DNA of 64,000 nt from an uncultured virus (IMG/VR IMGVR_UViG_3300042888_000268) (lineage: Duplodnaviria; Heunggongvirae; Uroviricota; Caudoviricetes): IMG/VR virus record IMGVR_UViG_3300042888_000268, one strand, 5' to 3'. The translations under genes were made by a program, and so were the position numbers. Shown one piece after another: positions 31,289 to 39,533 of the stretch. The notes beneath the pieces were generated by a model. The model saw only the letters and a list, made by a program, of their open reading frames with translations, had not been told where the DNA came from and did no database searches. Each line of letters opens with the position of its first letter. The stretch's first letter is position 1.

Positions 31289-31633
31289 TTAGTTCTTTTT
31301 TAATTTTTTAGCAGGTACGCCTTCAGCAAATTGCTCAGCTGTTGGTATAATAACATCATCACCCACACTTAAACCAGCTTCAACAAGTTCTGGATTTGCA
31401 TCCAAGTCTTCTTGTGTAACTGTGTGAGGAGTGCCTTGAGGCTGCTCTGACTTATGACCCGGTTGTGTAGTCATCTGTCCAATAAATGATAGGGCTTTTA
31501 ACTCTTCAGCTCTGGCAACTGCCAAGCCTGCGTTAATCTCTTGTAACTTCAATTGAAACTCTTTCACTTCAATTTGCTCTTTAAGGAAAGATATAATCTC
31601 TTCCTTTGTTGGAACCTTTTGTTCTTCAGACAT
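31289..31633 (-). CDS. Hypothetical protein
   Basis: 114 aa, coiled-coil N-terminus, HTVTQEDLDANPEL motif. Confidence 0.65.
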   Translation of the reverse strand: MSEEQKVPTKEEIISFLKEQIEVKEFQLKLQEINAGLAVARAEELKALSFIGQMTTQPGHKSEQPQGTPHTVTQEDLDANPELVEAGLSVGDDVIIPTAEQFAEGVPAKKLKKN

Positions 31634-31661
31634 AATATTTGGTTTTATTTGTAATTAAATT

Positions 31662-31982
31662 CTATAGCTCTATTTCTCCCTCTCCATCACTATTAGATGA
31701 CGTAGAAGAATTCCCATTGTGATATTCATGATGGGCTTTCAATAATTTAAAAAATTCGTAAAAAGGGGTGTCTATAATATAAGTGTCCCCGTGGTCAGTA
31801 AAAATAGTAGTGGCGTTATACACCAACTCTTCCTCATCCTCAGATGTCTGCTTAGCAGCAACCACTATATCTAGATCAAACATAAACGGCATCCACTTCC
31901 CTTGATCATCTTCTATAGAGAGAAGATCCATCTTGTCTGGTGTCATAGTGTGGCAATGTATATTGCATTCGTGTAGATTCAT
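31662..31982 (-). CDS. Hypothetical protein (first gene of the late block)
   Basis: 106 aa, directly after a TATATTA motif. Confidence 0.65.
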   Translation of the reverse strand: MNLHECNIHCHTMTPDKMDLLSIEDDQGKWMPFMFDLDIVVAAKQTSEDEEELVYNATTIFTDHGDTYIIDTPFYEFFKLLKAHHEYHNGNSSTSSNSDGEGEIEL

Positions 31983-31991
31983 ATTGTTGGT

Positions 31992-32010
31992 CTTATATTA
32001 TAATATACTT
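31992..32010 (-). promoter_or_regulatory. Putative late promoter (TATATT motif)
   Basis: Minus strand GTATATTATAATATAAG; similar motifs near 14509, 21331 and 62038 also precede minus-strand operons. Confidence 0.5.
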
Positions 32011-32267
32011 AAAAAGTTTAAACTACACAAATTTAATATTATCTTATACATAATGTGCTGATAAGATATCCACCTAGTTTCCCCCTATGTGAATATCCCC
32101 TCTATGGGTGGACATAAATTTTTTTACCCCCTAAAAAATACTCCGTGTTATGCGGTGGTGGTACCTCACCATCAGCACTCCCCCATCGGTCACACGAGCG
32201 GGTGGTACCCCTAGCTTCCTGTGGAAGAGCAGGGGAAAACCCCTGACGTACATTAAAAATAATAGTT

Positions 32268-32465
32268 ATGGAAAAGATTAATGAATGTACGTGTACATCA
32301 CCCTATTGGTGTCATGACGAGAATCAGATGGAACCTGGATATACATGTGACTACTGTGAACAACAACAGTCTAGTCAGAGTGTGGTATCATTTGTTGCTA
32401 GTGTTAATAACCCTAGTATAGTGAGTGATGAGGATAATGAAGCTTATGATGATCTCCCTTTCTAG
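32268..32465 (+). CDS. Small Cys-containing acidic protein with SSB-like DDLPF tail
   Basis: 65 aa. CTC..CH..CDYC and C-terminal EDNEAYDDLPF. Confidence 0.75.
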   Translation: MEKINECTCTSPYWCHDENQMEPGYTCDYCEQQQSSQSVVSFVASVNNPSIVSDEDNEAYDDLPF

Positions 32466-32516
32466 GGGGATTATCATGTAGTATTCTACCCCTGATGCTG
32501 GTAAAAATAATATAAT

Positions 32517-32669
32517 ATGAAAGACCCAAATGTAGTTACACCAGCATTAAGTGATGAAGAAGTAATGGAAATGTTTCAGAAGGAGTATGAGAATCCAGGA
32601 TATGTAGATGATGATGAAGAACTAACTGAAGCAGACTATTGGGATGGTGATGCATCCTATTGTGAGTAA
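32517..32669 (+). CDS. Very acidic 50-aa protein
   Basis: Read manually: MKDPNVVTPALSDEEVMEMFQKEYENPGYVDDDEELTEADYWDGDASYCE. ATG 21 nt after ACCCCTGA; hairpin after the stop. Confidence 0.75.
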   Translation: MKDPNVVTPALSDEEVMEMFQKEYENPGYVDDDEELTEADYWDGDASYCE

Positions 32670-32740
32670 GTAAAGACACCCTTAATTGGGTGTTTTTTAT
32701 GTAGAATATAAACCCCTGATTGTATTAAAAATAATATATT

Positions 32741-32950
32741 ATGAAAAAGATTAGAATTAAAGTGTTTGTGTTAACTATGTTAGCACCGTTCCTAGCTGTA
32801 TGGATTGCTTGGATTATGACAGCCTTCAGCTTTGAAGTACGTGATGTATTTCAAGAAGGAGCCTTTTGGGGTATTAGTATGATCTACTACTTCATATGGT
32901 TGTGTCTTATTGGAATGGTTATAGATGAATTAAAGGAGCCTGCTAAATAG
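32741..32950 (+). CDS. Small two-TM membrane protein
   Basis: 69 aa with two hydrophobic segments; cassette context. Confidence 0.75.
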   Translation: MKKIRIKVFVLTMLAPFLAVWIAWIMTAFSFEVRDVFQEGAFWGISMIYYFIWLCLIGMVIDELKEPAK

Positions 32951-33003
32951 CAGGTTCTTTTTACAAAGAGACCAACCCCTGATTGTATTTAAAATTAAAT
33001 AAT

Positions 33004-33243
33004 ATGATAAATCTAAACTTGAACAAGAAACCATTTGGTATCAGATTTGAAGGTAATACAGTATGTATTAAGCTACGCTTTACAAAGGAAAGATTCCTTA
33101 AAGCAGAGATAGCAGAGTACGGCTCACACTTTACTACCAAGTCTGGCCATATCATCTTTGAAGCAGAGTATGTAGCACCAAGTAGAAACTTGGCTGAACT
33201 ACAGAACAAGCTTGATGTATTACGTAATCAGCCTACTAAATAG
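33004..33243 (+). CDS. Hypothetical early protein
   Basis: Likely start MINLNLNKK at 33004, 21 nt after ACCCCTGA. Confidence 0.7.
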   Translation: MINLNLNKKPFGIRFEGNTVCIKLRFTKERFLKAEIAEYGSHFTTKSGHIIFEAEYVAPSRNLAELQNKLDVLRNQPTK

Positions 33244-33303
33244 TAGGTTGGTTATTTTTTTCTGGTGTATTAAACCCCTGATTACATAATAAAATAATTC
33301 ATT

Positions 33304-33612
33304 ATGAGTAACATTACACAGCCTTATGGCTACAAAGTATTTAGTATTGGTAACATTACCGTTTACAGTGCTAAAATCCGAGTTAAAGCACACTACACTG
33401 ACTTTGACTTTATGTTTGTTAGTATGGCTAACAACCACCCTGTAATTATTAGCAACCATAAGAACAACTGCGTTGCTATTAGTTGGGCCACTACTGATTA
33501 CATAGTACATAATATGTACAGAGAGCTACTTAACAACAAGTTAGCCTCTATTATGCACGCACGCATAGATGCCAAGTATAGTAACCACCACGAGGTGACT
33601 ATGTGTATCTAA
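33304..33612 (+). CDS. Hypothetical early protein
   Basis: 102 aa, cassette context. Confidence 0.7.
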   Translation: MSNITQPYGYKVFSIGNITVYSAKIRVKAHYTDFDFMFVSMANNHPVIISNHKNNCVAISWATTDYIVHNMYRELLNNKLASIMHARIDAKYSNHHEVTMCI

Positions 33613-33695
33613 CCTATTATAGCAGATTGCCTAACAAGCAGTCTGCTATTATTATGTAGAATTTTACCCCTGATGGGTATATAAAAATATATAAT

Positions 33696-33941
33696 ATGAG
33701 TAAATTAAAATGGGTATTAAAATTAAAAAGGACCGAGACATTAACCAACGGTACTAAATTAGAAACATTAGAGTCCTATGACTTTGACACTTTAGAAGAT
33801 GCAAGTGATGCAGAGTTTAGAATAGATAAAGTAGGTATTTGGGATGTAGAAAGTGCAGTTGGTGTTAATGCAATAGGTTATAGTAGTTTAGGATTACAAT
33901 GTATTGAACTATTTAATTTAGGAGAAGAAGAGAAGGGTTAA
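33696..33941 (+). CDS. Hypothetical early protein
   Basis: 81 aa, cassette context. Confidence 0.7.
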   Translation: MSKLKWVLKLKRTETLTNGTKLETLESYDFDTLEDASDAEFRIDKVGIWDVESAVGVNAIGYSSLGLQCIELFNLGEEEKG

Positions 33942-33979
33942 CACCCTTCTTCTTCATTTAGAATATAACCCCTGATTCT

Positions 33980-34217
33980 ATATTAGATGTAATCTTCCTA
34001 GGTAGCTACGGGTTTAAGGTAACAGAAAAAAATCAACCTACTGAACCCTCATTATTAAAAACTGCAGAGTTGTGGGTACTGTAACAGTGATAGATTTTTA
34101 GATTGCATCTTTTATACAAACCAAATGGTTGGTTCCTTATAGCTTTGGACCGTAATACCACAACAGTCGTAGCTGACACACAGAAACAGGAGTTTATTAT
34201 TTCTCCTGTTTCTTTTT
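33980..34217 (+). ncRNA. Candidate structured ncRNA in a cassette slot
   Basis: No plus-strand ORF. Several long-range pairings; bounded by ACCCCTGA and an 11-bp terminator stem. Confidence 0.6.
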
Positions 34218-34260
34218 ATATTTAAACAACCCCTGATTATATATTAAAACAAATAAAACC

Positions 34261-34761
34261 ATGGAAAAGATCATCCTAAAAGCCCTCTCTTTGGCCGGCT
34301 TTAAAAATGCCGAAGAAATCACACGTGTTATTAGCTCAACTCCTAATCCAAGGATTGCAGCTGAAATGATACTAGGTGTGTTTGAACCCACTGTACTTGA
34401 CCCTGAAACAAGGTATAGAAAGCACAAGTATGATAGCCACAAAGAGTTTGTGGAAATACTTGAGATTGACGACCTAGCTAACACAGTAAAGTATAATGTG
34501 TTTAACCAAAACAGCAAGTGGGTGTACTATCTTACCCAAGAAGACAAAGAAGCAGGTATATATCATGATACCAAGAAGTCTAGTCTAAATTACTATGACT
34601 CTGGTAGTGTATCTACCGCTGGGTATACAGTAAATGAAAGGACTGATACCGTTGAATCCTTCTATCAAAGCTACACTAATGATATTTGTGTAGATAAGAT
34701 ACTAGAGATCACCGCTGCATGGGATGTACATAGTATACCTAAAGAGGCAGTTGCACTGTAA
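34261..34761 (+). CDS. Hypothetical early protein
   Basis: 166 aa, cassette context, hairpin plus T-run after the stop. Confidence 0.8.
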   Translation: MEKIILKALSLAGFKNAEEITRVISSTPNPRIAAEMILGVFEPTVLDPETRYRKHKYDSHKEFVEILEIDDLANTVKYNVFNQNSKWVYYLTQEDKEAGIYHDTKKSSLNYYDSGSVSTAGYTVNERTDTVESFYQSYTNDICVDKILEITAAWDVHSIPKEAVAL

Positions 34762-34829
34762 ATGTAAAGAGCTATCCTAGATTTGTCTAGGGTAGTTTTT
34801 CTATTTACACCCTCTATTGTAACCCCTGA

Positions 34830-35010
34830 TTTAACGATGCTAAATTTATATTAACATTGTTTGTTTAGTAGGCTCAACAATGGGGAAGAAAAACATAACC
34901 GTTTATGTAGTTTAACGACTCCATTTTCAGTGATGTTCCCCATTGTTTTACAGCTTAATAGATTAATGTATAGAAAGTTAAATCATTTCTGGCAGCCTTC
35001 GGCTGTCCCA
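34830..35010 (+). ncRNA. Candidate ncRNA in a cassette slot
   Basis: No ORF. Perfect 12-bp stem AACAATGGGGAA/TTCCCCATTGTT; ends in a cUUCGg hairpin. Confidence 0.5.
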
Positions 35011-35090
35011 CATTATCTATTTTTTCCACCCTCTATTTAACCCCTGATACAATATAGTAATAATTATTCACAAATTAAACAATTTAAAAA

Positions 35091-35420
35091 ATGTTACAAG
35101 CTAAATTAGACGGTTCTTACCGTAAAGCAACTACCGGTGTAAAAGTATTCAGATTTACCGTTAGCGGTACTGAACAAGACCTTAAAGCGTATGAAGACGC
35201 CCAAGGGGACAGTTATCGTTTAGATGAAAAGACCGGTAAGCCTTTGTGGTTCACCACTCGTTATATCGGTGATAGCGTAAAGCTTATTATCACTGATAAC
35301 AACAATGTTGTTGCTGATGATACTGAATTGGCTAAACTACAAAGTTTAGTAGACCAATTTGGTCCTGATGTTGCAAAGCTCGTTCTTATGCAGAAATCTG
35401 CACCAACAAGTGCTGAATAA
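35091..35420 (+). CDS. Hypothetical early protein (probably highly expressed)
   Basis: 109 aa, biased codons, terminator at about 35430-35469. Confidence 0.8.
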   Translation: MLQAKLDGSYRKATTGVKVFRFTVSGTEQDLKAYEDAQGDSYRLDEKTGKPLWFTTRYIGDSVKLIITDNNNVVADDTELAKLQSLVDQFGPDVAKLVLMQKSAPTSAE

Positions 35421-36130
35421 GCCTTGTTATATATCCTACACTCTTAACCGGTGTAGGATATATTTTTTTAAGTTAGTTTGTCCCCCAGTCCGTCATCTAA
35501 TTAACGACTCTTATTATTTTCTTACGGCTCTGCACGCCTTCAGCGTGTCTCATCCACACTTAACTCCCTGATTTTCATAGAGTTATGTGTGTAAATCAGT
35601 GAGATAGGAACACAGGTGGGATATCTATCATATCCACAAGTCTCTCTAAATCAGCCACTTTGAAGCGGATAATATGGCTATAACTATCAGATATATGACA
35701 CTAAAGTAAAAACACTACACATCTACAGGGACTATCCTTGATTACCCCCTGGTGTAGACCTTTAAGCAGTAAATCAAGCTATGTTGCTTATTGGACTTTT
35801 AGTTATTAAAGATACGATCTGTCTAATCCACAGATAGTATGCCCAATACGATGAGAAATGGTTTGATAACCATATGGGTAAGTGTTGTTACTTAGTAACA
35901 GCAGGTTGATCACCTGATGATGAACTTCTGAACAATCTATTTCTAACCTAGCAATAGGGACAGCCACGACACCTGTAAGTTGGATAAATTAGGGTGTTAC
36001 ATTTTTCAGACAGCTCACCAGTGAGCTACAATCATAGTATAGTTAATTATTAGTACTATGACTAGGGGTCATACATGAGCTCCCCCTTTTTCCACCAAGT
36101 TTATTTATTCATCACATACAATTCATTAAC

Positions 36131-36280
36131 ATGAAAAGAACAAAGCACTTAGTATTCCGTACCTATCAATCCTTTCAGGAATGGTACATGAGAATGGCTA
36201 AAAGATTTACCACCCTTAGGTTGGAGTTTCTAAAGATATTTAGATCTTCTACCTATATAGCTGTATCTATCAGCTATTAA
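36131..36280 (+). CDS. Small basic hypothetical protein (49 aa)
   Basis: Read manually: MKRTKHLVFRTYQSFQEWY...; A-rich leader. Confidence 0.45.
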   Translation: MKRTKHLVFRTYQSFQEWYMRMAKRFTTLRLEFLKIFRSSTYIAVSISY

Positions 36281-36616
36281 AAAGATTTAGTTTCCCCCAA
36301 ACTAAATGATGACTACGAGCCATTCCCACGCCACTAAGACTTATAGAACTCTTGTGTGAGACCTTTATAAGACAGAGCTGATCTGTAATGGAGTGTTGGG
36401 TACAGCAGGGCTCTAGTCATTTATTAAAGTGCACAATAGATATAACAGTATGGGAATCCCTCCCTACTAACACATCTAGCGGACTGTTATACTATGTGCA
36501 TAATCCCATCTATTCCATAAAAACATTATGTGGATGGTGACCCGGAGACTGAAATACGTCAATGGGTGCCATTTATTAAAACCCTTTCATTTTATCACCA
36601 ATCAATTCATTTAAAC

Positions 36617-37138
36617 ATGAAAACTTTCTCAATCAGTGCCCCATGGGACGAAAAATCAACTGTCGTTAGAGTGGAACTAGGTAAATACGCTAACGGTAGA
36701 ACTAGAATCAATCTTATAGATGATTCTGATAATGAGCCATATTGTACGGCTACAACTGATTTACCTGATGTCTTATTACTAGACAACGAAGTCTTTGTTA
36801 AAGACTATTCAGAGAACGAAGGCGTATTAGACTTCCTCACTACGAACAACATCGTAATTGCTACAGACAAATGGGCAACCAGTGGTTTTGTAGATGTACA
36901 GGTGTGTACACTTAATCCTGAATCAGAATGGGGACTAGTTCCTAATCTTTATTCAGATGAAGGACCAGAATATGACGGTGCAGGGTTTACAAAAAAAGAT
37001 AATAACAAAATGGACCCAGCTCCTGATAAAACAGATCCTGTTACAGGTAAGTCAATGTGGCTTATCAAAGGTTATAAAATATGGGCTAATACATATGAAG
37101 AAGCTGTAAAGCATCTTGATGTGATTGAATCATTTTAA
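36617..37138 (+). CDS. Hypothetical protein (DUF4313-like)
   Basis: Likely start MKTFSISAPW. GKYANG..EPYCTATTDLP..VFVKDYSENEG..SGFV pattern. Confidence 0.6.
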   Translation: MKTFSISAPWDEKSTVVRVELGKYANGRTRINLIDDSDNEPYCTATTDLPDVLLLDNEVFVKDYSENEGVLDFLTTNNIVIATDKWATSGFVDVQVCTLNPESEWGLVPNLYSDEGPEYDGAGFTKKDNNKMDPAPDKTDPVTGKSMWLIKGYKIWANTYEEAVKHLDVIESF

Positions 37139-37147
37139 ATTATTAAC

Positions 37148-37375
37148 ATGAAAAAAGCATTAGAAGTATTATTTGGTATAAAAGAGCCTAAAAAGCTCTC
37201 TAAACCAATTGAACTATCATTTTCTACATTAACACCTATTAGTAGGCCAGGTATGGGAGAATGGTTCAAAAGATATAACGTGGGCATATTGTCTGATAGA
37301 CAATCAACTAATGTCCAAATTAGAATGGGTAACATCATTAAGTATGTTGATCTACATTCTATAAGAAGTTTTTAA
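37148..37375 (+). CDS. Hypothetical protein
   Basis: 75 aa in operon; terminator TTGCAGGTT..AACCTGCAA at about 37414-37445. Confidence 0.6.
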   Translation: MKKALEVLFGIKEPKKLSKPIELSFSTLTPISRPGMGEWFKRYNVGILSDRQSTNVQIRMGNIIKYVDLHSIRSF

Positions 37376-37487
37376 TAGGACTTGGACCGGTTCTACTTCA
37401 CTGAACTAGCAGTTTGCAGGTTAAGCTTTAAAACCTGCAATTTTTATTTTAGGTAACAATAATTAATTAATTCATAATCAATCATTT

Positions 37488-38252
37488 ATGAAAAAGCAAT
37501 CAGATGCTTCAATTTTAAAGACAATAATGCCTTTAGAAATCTTACGTAAAGACTCCAACAAGAGTCTTGGTATTTTAAACATGGTCAATAGACCAATTGT
37601 ACCCTCACATGTCACCTCTGTAGCTACATCAATTGAGAAAATAGGTCTTATACGACCTGTTGTTGTAGCTAATCTAGACTTAAAAGAGTTTAAAGGAGAA
37701 TATATTATAGACGGACAGCATTTGTTTAATGCTTGTATGAGACTAAACAAACACGTTCCTTATGTAAAAATAGACATAAACTCGGAAGAAGAACTAATAG
37801 ACATATTAGCTAGTCTTAACAATTCATCTAAAGCATGGACATTAAAAGACTATGTACAATCATGGGCATACATACGCTCAGATTTTAGAAAATTAGCTAA
37901 ATATCGTCAAACATATGATTTAGAATTAGTAGCAATTGCAGGTATTTTGCATAAGTCTCCTAATATATTTCATTGTATGAACTTAATTAAGAAGGGTGAA
38001 CTGGTAATTAAAAACGAAGCGGTAGCTGTCAAGGTGATGGAATACACTAATGATCTATTAGGTGTATTCAATAAGTTTGATAGAAAGAACGCTAGAAAGT
38101 TAGTTAATGCATATGTACAATATGTAACAAACACTCATGATTCTTATAATCATAAAAAATTCTTAAATAACATTAACAAGCAGAAAAGTAAATTAGAACT
38201 GTTATTGGCTAATCCTGATGACGTCACTGATTTCTTTAATAAAATGTCTTAA
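37488..38252 (+). CDS. ParB/Srx-like domain protein
   Basis: NRPI..GLIRPVVV..YIIDGQH..LNNSSKAW. Confidence 0.7.
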   Translation: MKKQSDASILKTIMPLEILRKDSNKSLGILNMVNRPIVPSHVTSVATSIEKIGLIRPVVVANLDLKEFKGEYIIDGQHLFNACMRLNKHVPYVKIDINSEEELIDILASLNNSSKAWTLKDYVQSWAYIRSDFRKLAKYRQTYDLELVAIAGILHKSPNIFHCMNLIKKGELVIKNEAVAVKVMEYTNDLLGVFNKFDRKNARKLVNAYVQYVTNTHDSYNHKKFLNNINKQKSKLELLLANPDDVTDFFNKMS

Positions 38253-38259
38253 TGTTATT

Positions 38260-38540
38260 AAACTCGGTGAGGCTAGCAAGTGCTAGTATGGGTACTCTCT
38301 TACCCGAACCATAGATGCAAGACTGATCAACTATGAGATGCTGCAGATGAAAACTGAACGTTCTTAATAAGACTAGTAAGATGGCTGCCGTGATGGGGGC
38401 ATACCAAAGAGACTACTGCATTAGCTAACGCTTCATAAGCCAGCACCGTCTTAAGTAGTATTGACTGAACCTGACAGCACAGCTGTTCAGATGTAGGGAA
38501 CTTCAACACAATCAGTACGTTAAGCTGATTATTTTTATTA
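38260..38540 (+). ncRNA. Candidate structured ncRNA
   Basis: GC-elevated intergenic tract with several stems, ending in AATCAG..CTGATT hairpin plus T-run. Confidence 0.45.
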
Positions 38541-38563
38541 ATCATTCATTAAATATAAAAACT

Positions 38564-38959
38564 ATGTCAAAAAAACTGACACCAACTATTGCCAAAGCAT
38601 TGGCAGAGAAAGTACGAGCTGAATTAGTAGTTCGTCACAAAGGAAGCACTGAAACCATTACCAAAAAGGTTGAGTCTTCTAAACTCTATAAAGAGTTATT
38701 ATTAACCATCAAGAAAATTGATGAGCTTGACGAGAAAAAACTAGTTCTTAGAAAAGAAATAGAGGAGAATTTATCTACAAAAATGTATGATGTAGGTGTA
38801 TCTTCTTATCATTCTACACCTCATATATCTGTTAACTATCGTTCTGCATTTTCAGTGGATAGCATTAAAGATATGATCTTGATAGAAGACTACATGTCTG
38901 AAAACGCAAAAACTCCAGAAGAGTTTGTAAAATTCATAGCTGACAAATTATCTAAATAG
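38564..38959 (+). CDS. Hypothetical protein
   Basis: 131-aa ORF with A-rich leader. Confidence 0.75.
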   Translation: MSKKLTPTIAKALAEKVRAELVVRHKGSTETITKKVESSKLYKELLLTIKKIDELDEKKLVLRKEIEENLSTKMYDVGVSSYHSTPHISVNYRSAFSVDSIKDMILIEDYMSENAKTPEEFVKFIADKLSK

Positions 38960-38966
38960 CAATTGT

Positions 38967-39143
38967 ATGACAATTGAACAACTGAATAGGCTGCTAAATA
39001 CAGCTTGTGAAATCATTACAGCATTAGAAGAGCATGCTGATGAATCATTAAAAAAAGATATAGATGCTTTCTTTAATGAAATTAAATATTCTGATGATAT
39101 AAAAGAAGAAATTGATCATTATGAATTGGGTGGTGAAGCATAA
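38967..39143 (+). CDS. Small acidic protein (58 aa)
   Basis: Read manually: MTIEQLNRLLNTACE...YELGGEA; fills the operon gap. Confidence 0.65.
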   Translation: MTIEQLNRLLNTACEIITALEEHADESLKKDIDAFFNEIKYSDDIKEEIDHYELGGEA

Positions 39144-39174
39144 GTAATTAATAACAATTTAAAAACAATTTACC

Positions 39175-39522
39175 GTGAGTAAAAAATTAATCAAAGGTGT
39201 ACAAACAGCATTTGTTGCTGACATCAAAGCAGGAGTAAAAACAGAAGTATTAGTAAGTAAATATGGCTTTCCTAATAGAGGCAAGTTATATCAAACTATG
39301 TACTATTTAAGAAAAACAGGTGTATTACCTAAAAGAAAGCATAAAACAGCTAAAAAAGTTGTTAAGCCTGTAATGACACAATCTAAAACTGTAGACAATA
39401 CAGCGTCTATAAACAATTTTAGAACTGTGTTTTTCCAAGACTTTTCTGTTCAGATTCATAAGAAAGCTAATTCAAGAGTGGTATTGGATGAGAACAACAA
39501 CGTCCATATTTTAAACAACTAA
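39175..39522 (+). CDS. Basic hypothetical protein, possible HTH
   Basis: 115 aa, GTG start, Lys-rich. Confidence 0.65.
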   Translation: MSKKLIKGVQTAFVADIKAGVKTEVLVSKYGFPNRGKLYQTMYYLRKTGVLPKRKHKTAKKVVKPVMTQSKTVDNTASINNFRTVFFQDFSVQIHKKANSRVVLDENNNVHILNN

Positions 39523-39533
39523 AAGTTAACCGT

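Larger units (their letters stand above)
32239..35571 (+). repeat. Dispersed ACCCCTGA motif (10 exact copies plus 1 degenerate), putative early promoters
   Basis: Copies start at 32239, 32488, 32712, 32975, 33274, 33666, 33968, 34229, 34822 and 35040; ACTCCCTGA at 35563. All are intergenic and on one strand. Confidence 0.9.

Noticed and set aside
32239..35571. CRISPR array or integron attC array
   Set aside because: The repeat is only 8 bp with 200-600 bp gene-sized intervals. The hairpins differ in sequence and lack attC R-box consensus, and no cas or integrase gene is in the window.
35914..35920. Hammerhead ribozyme core CTGATGA
   Set aside because: No properly placed stem II and GAAA downstream.
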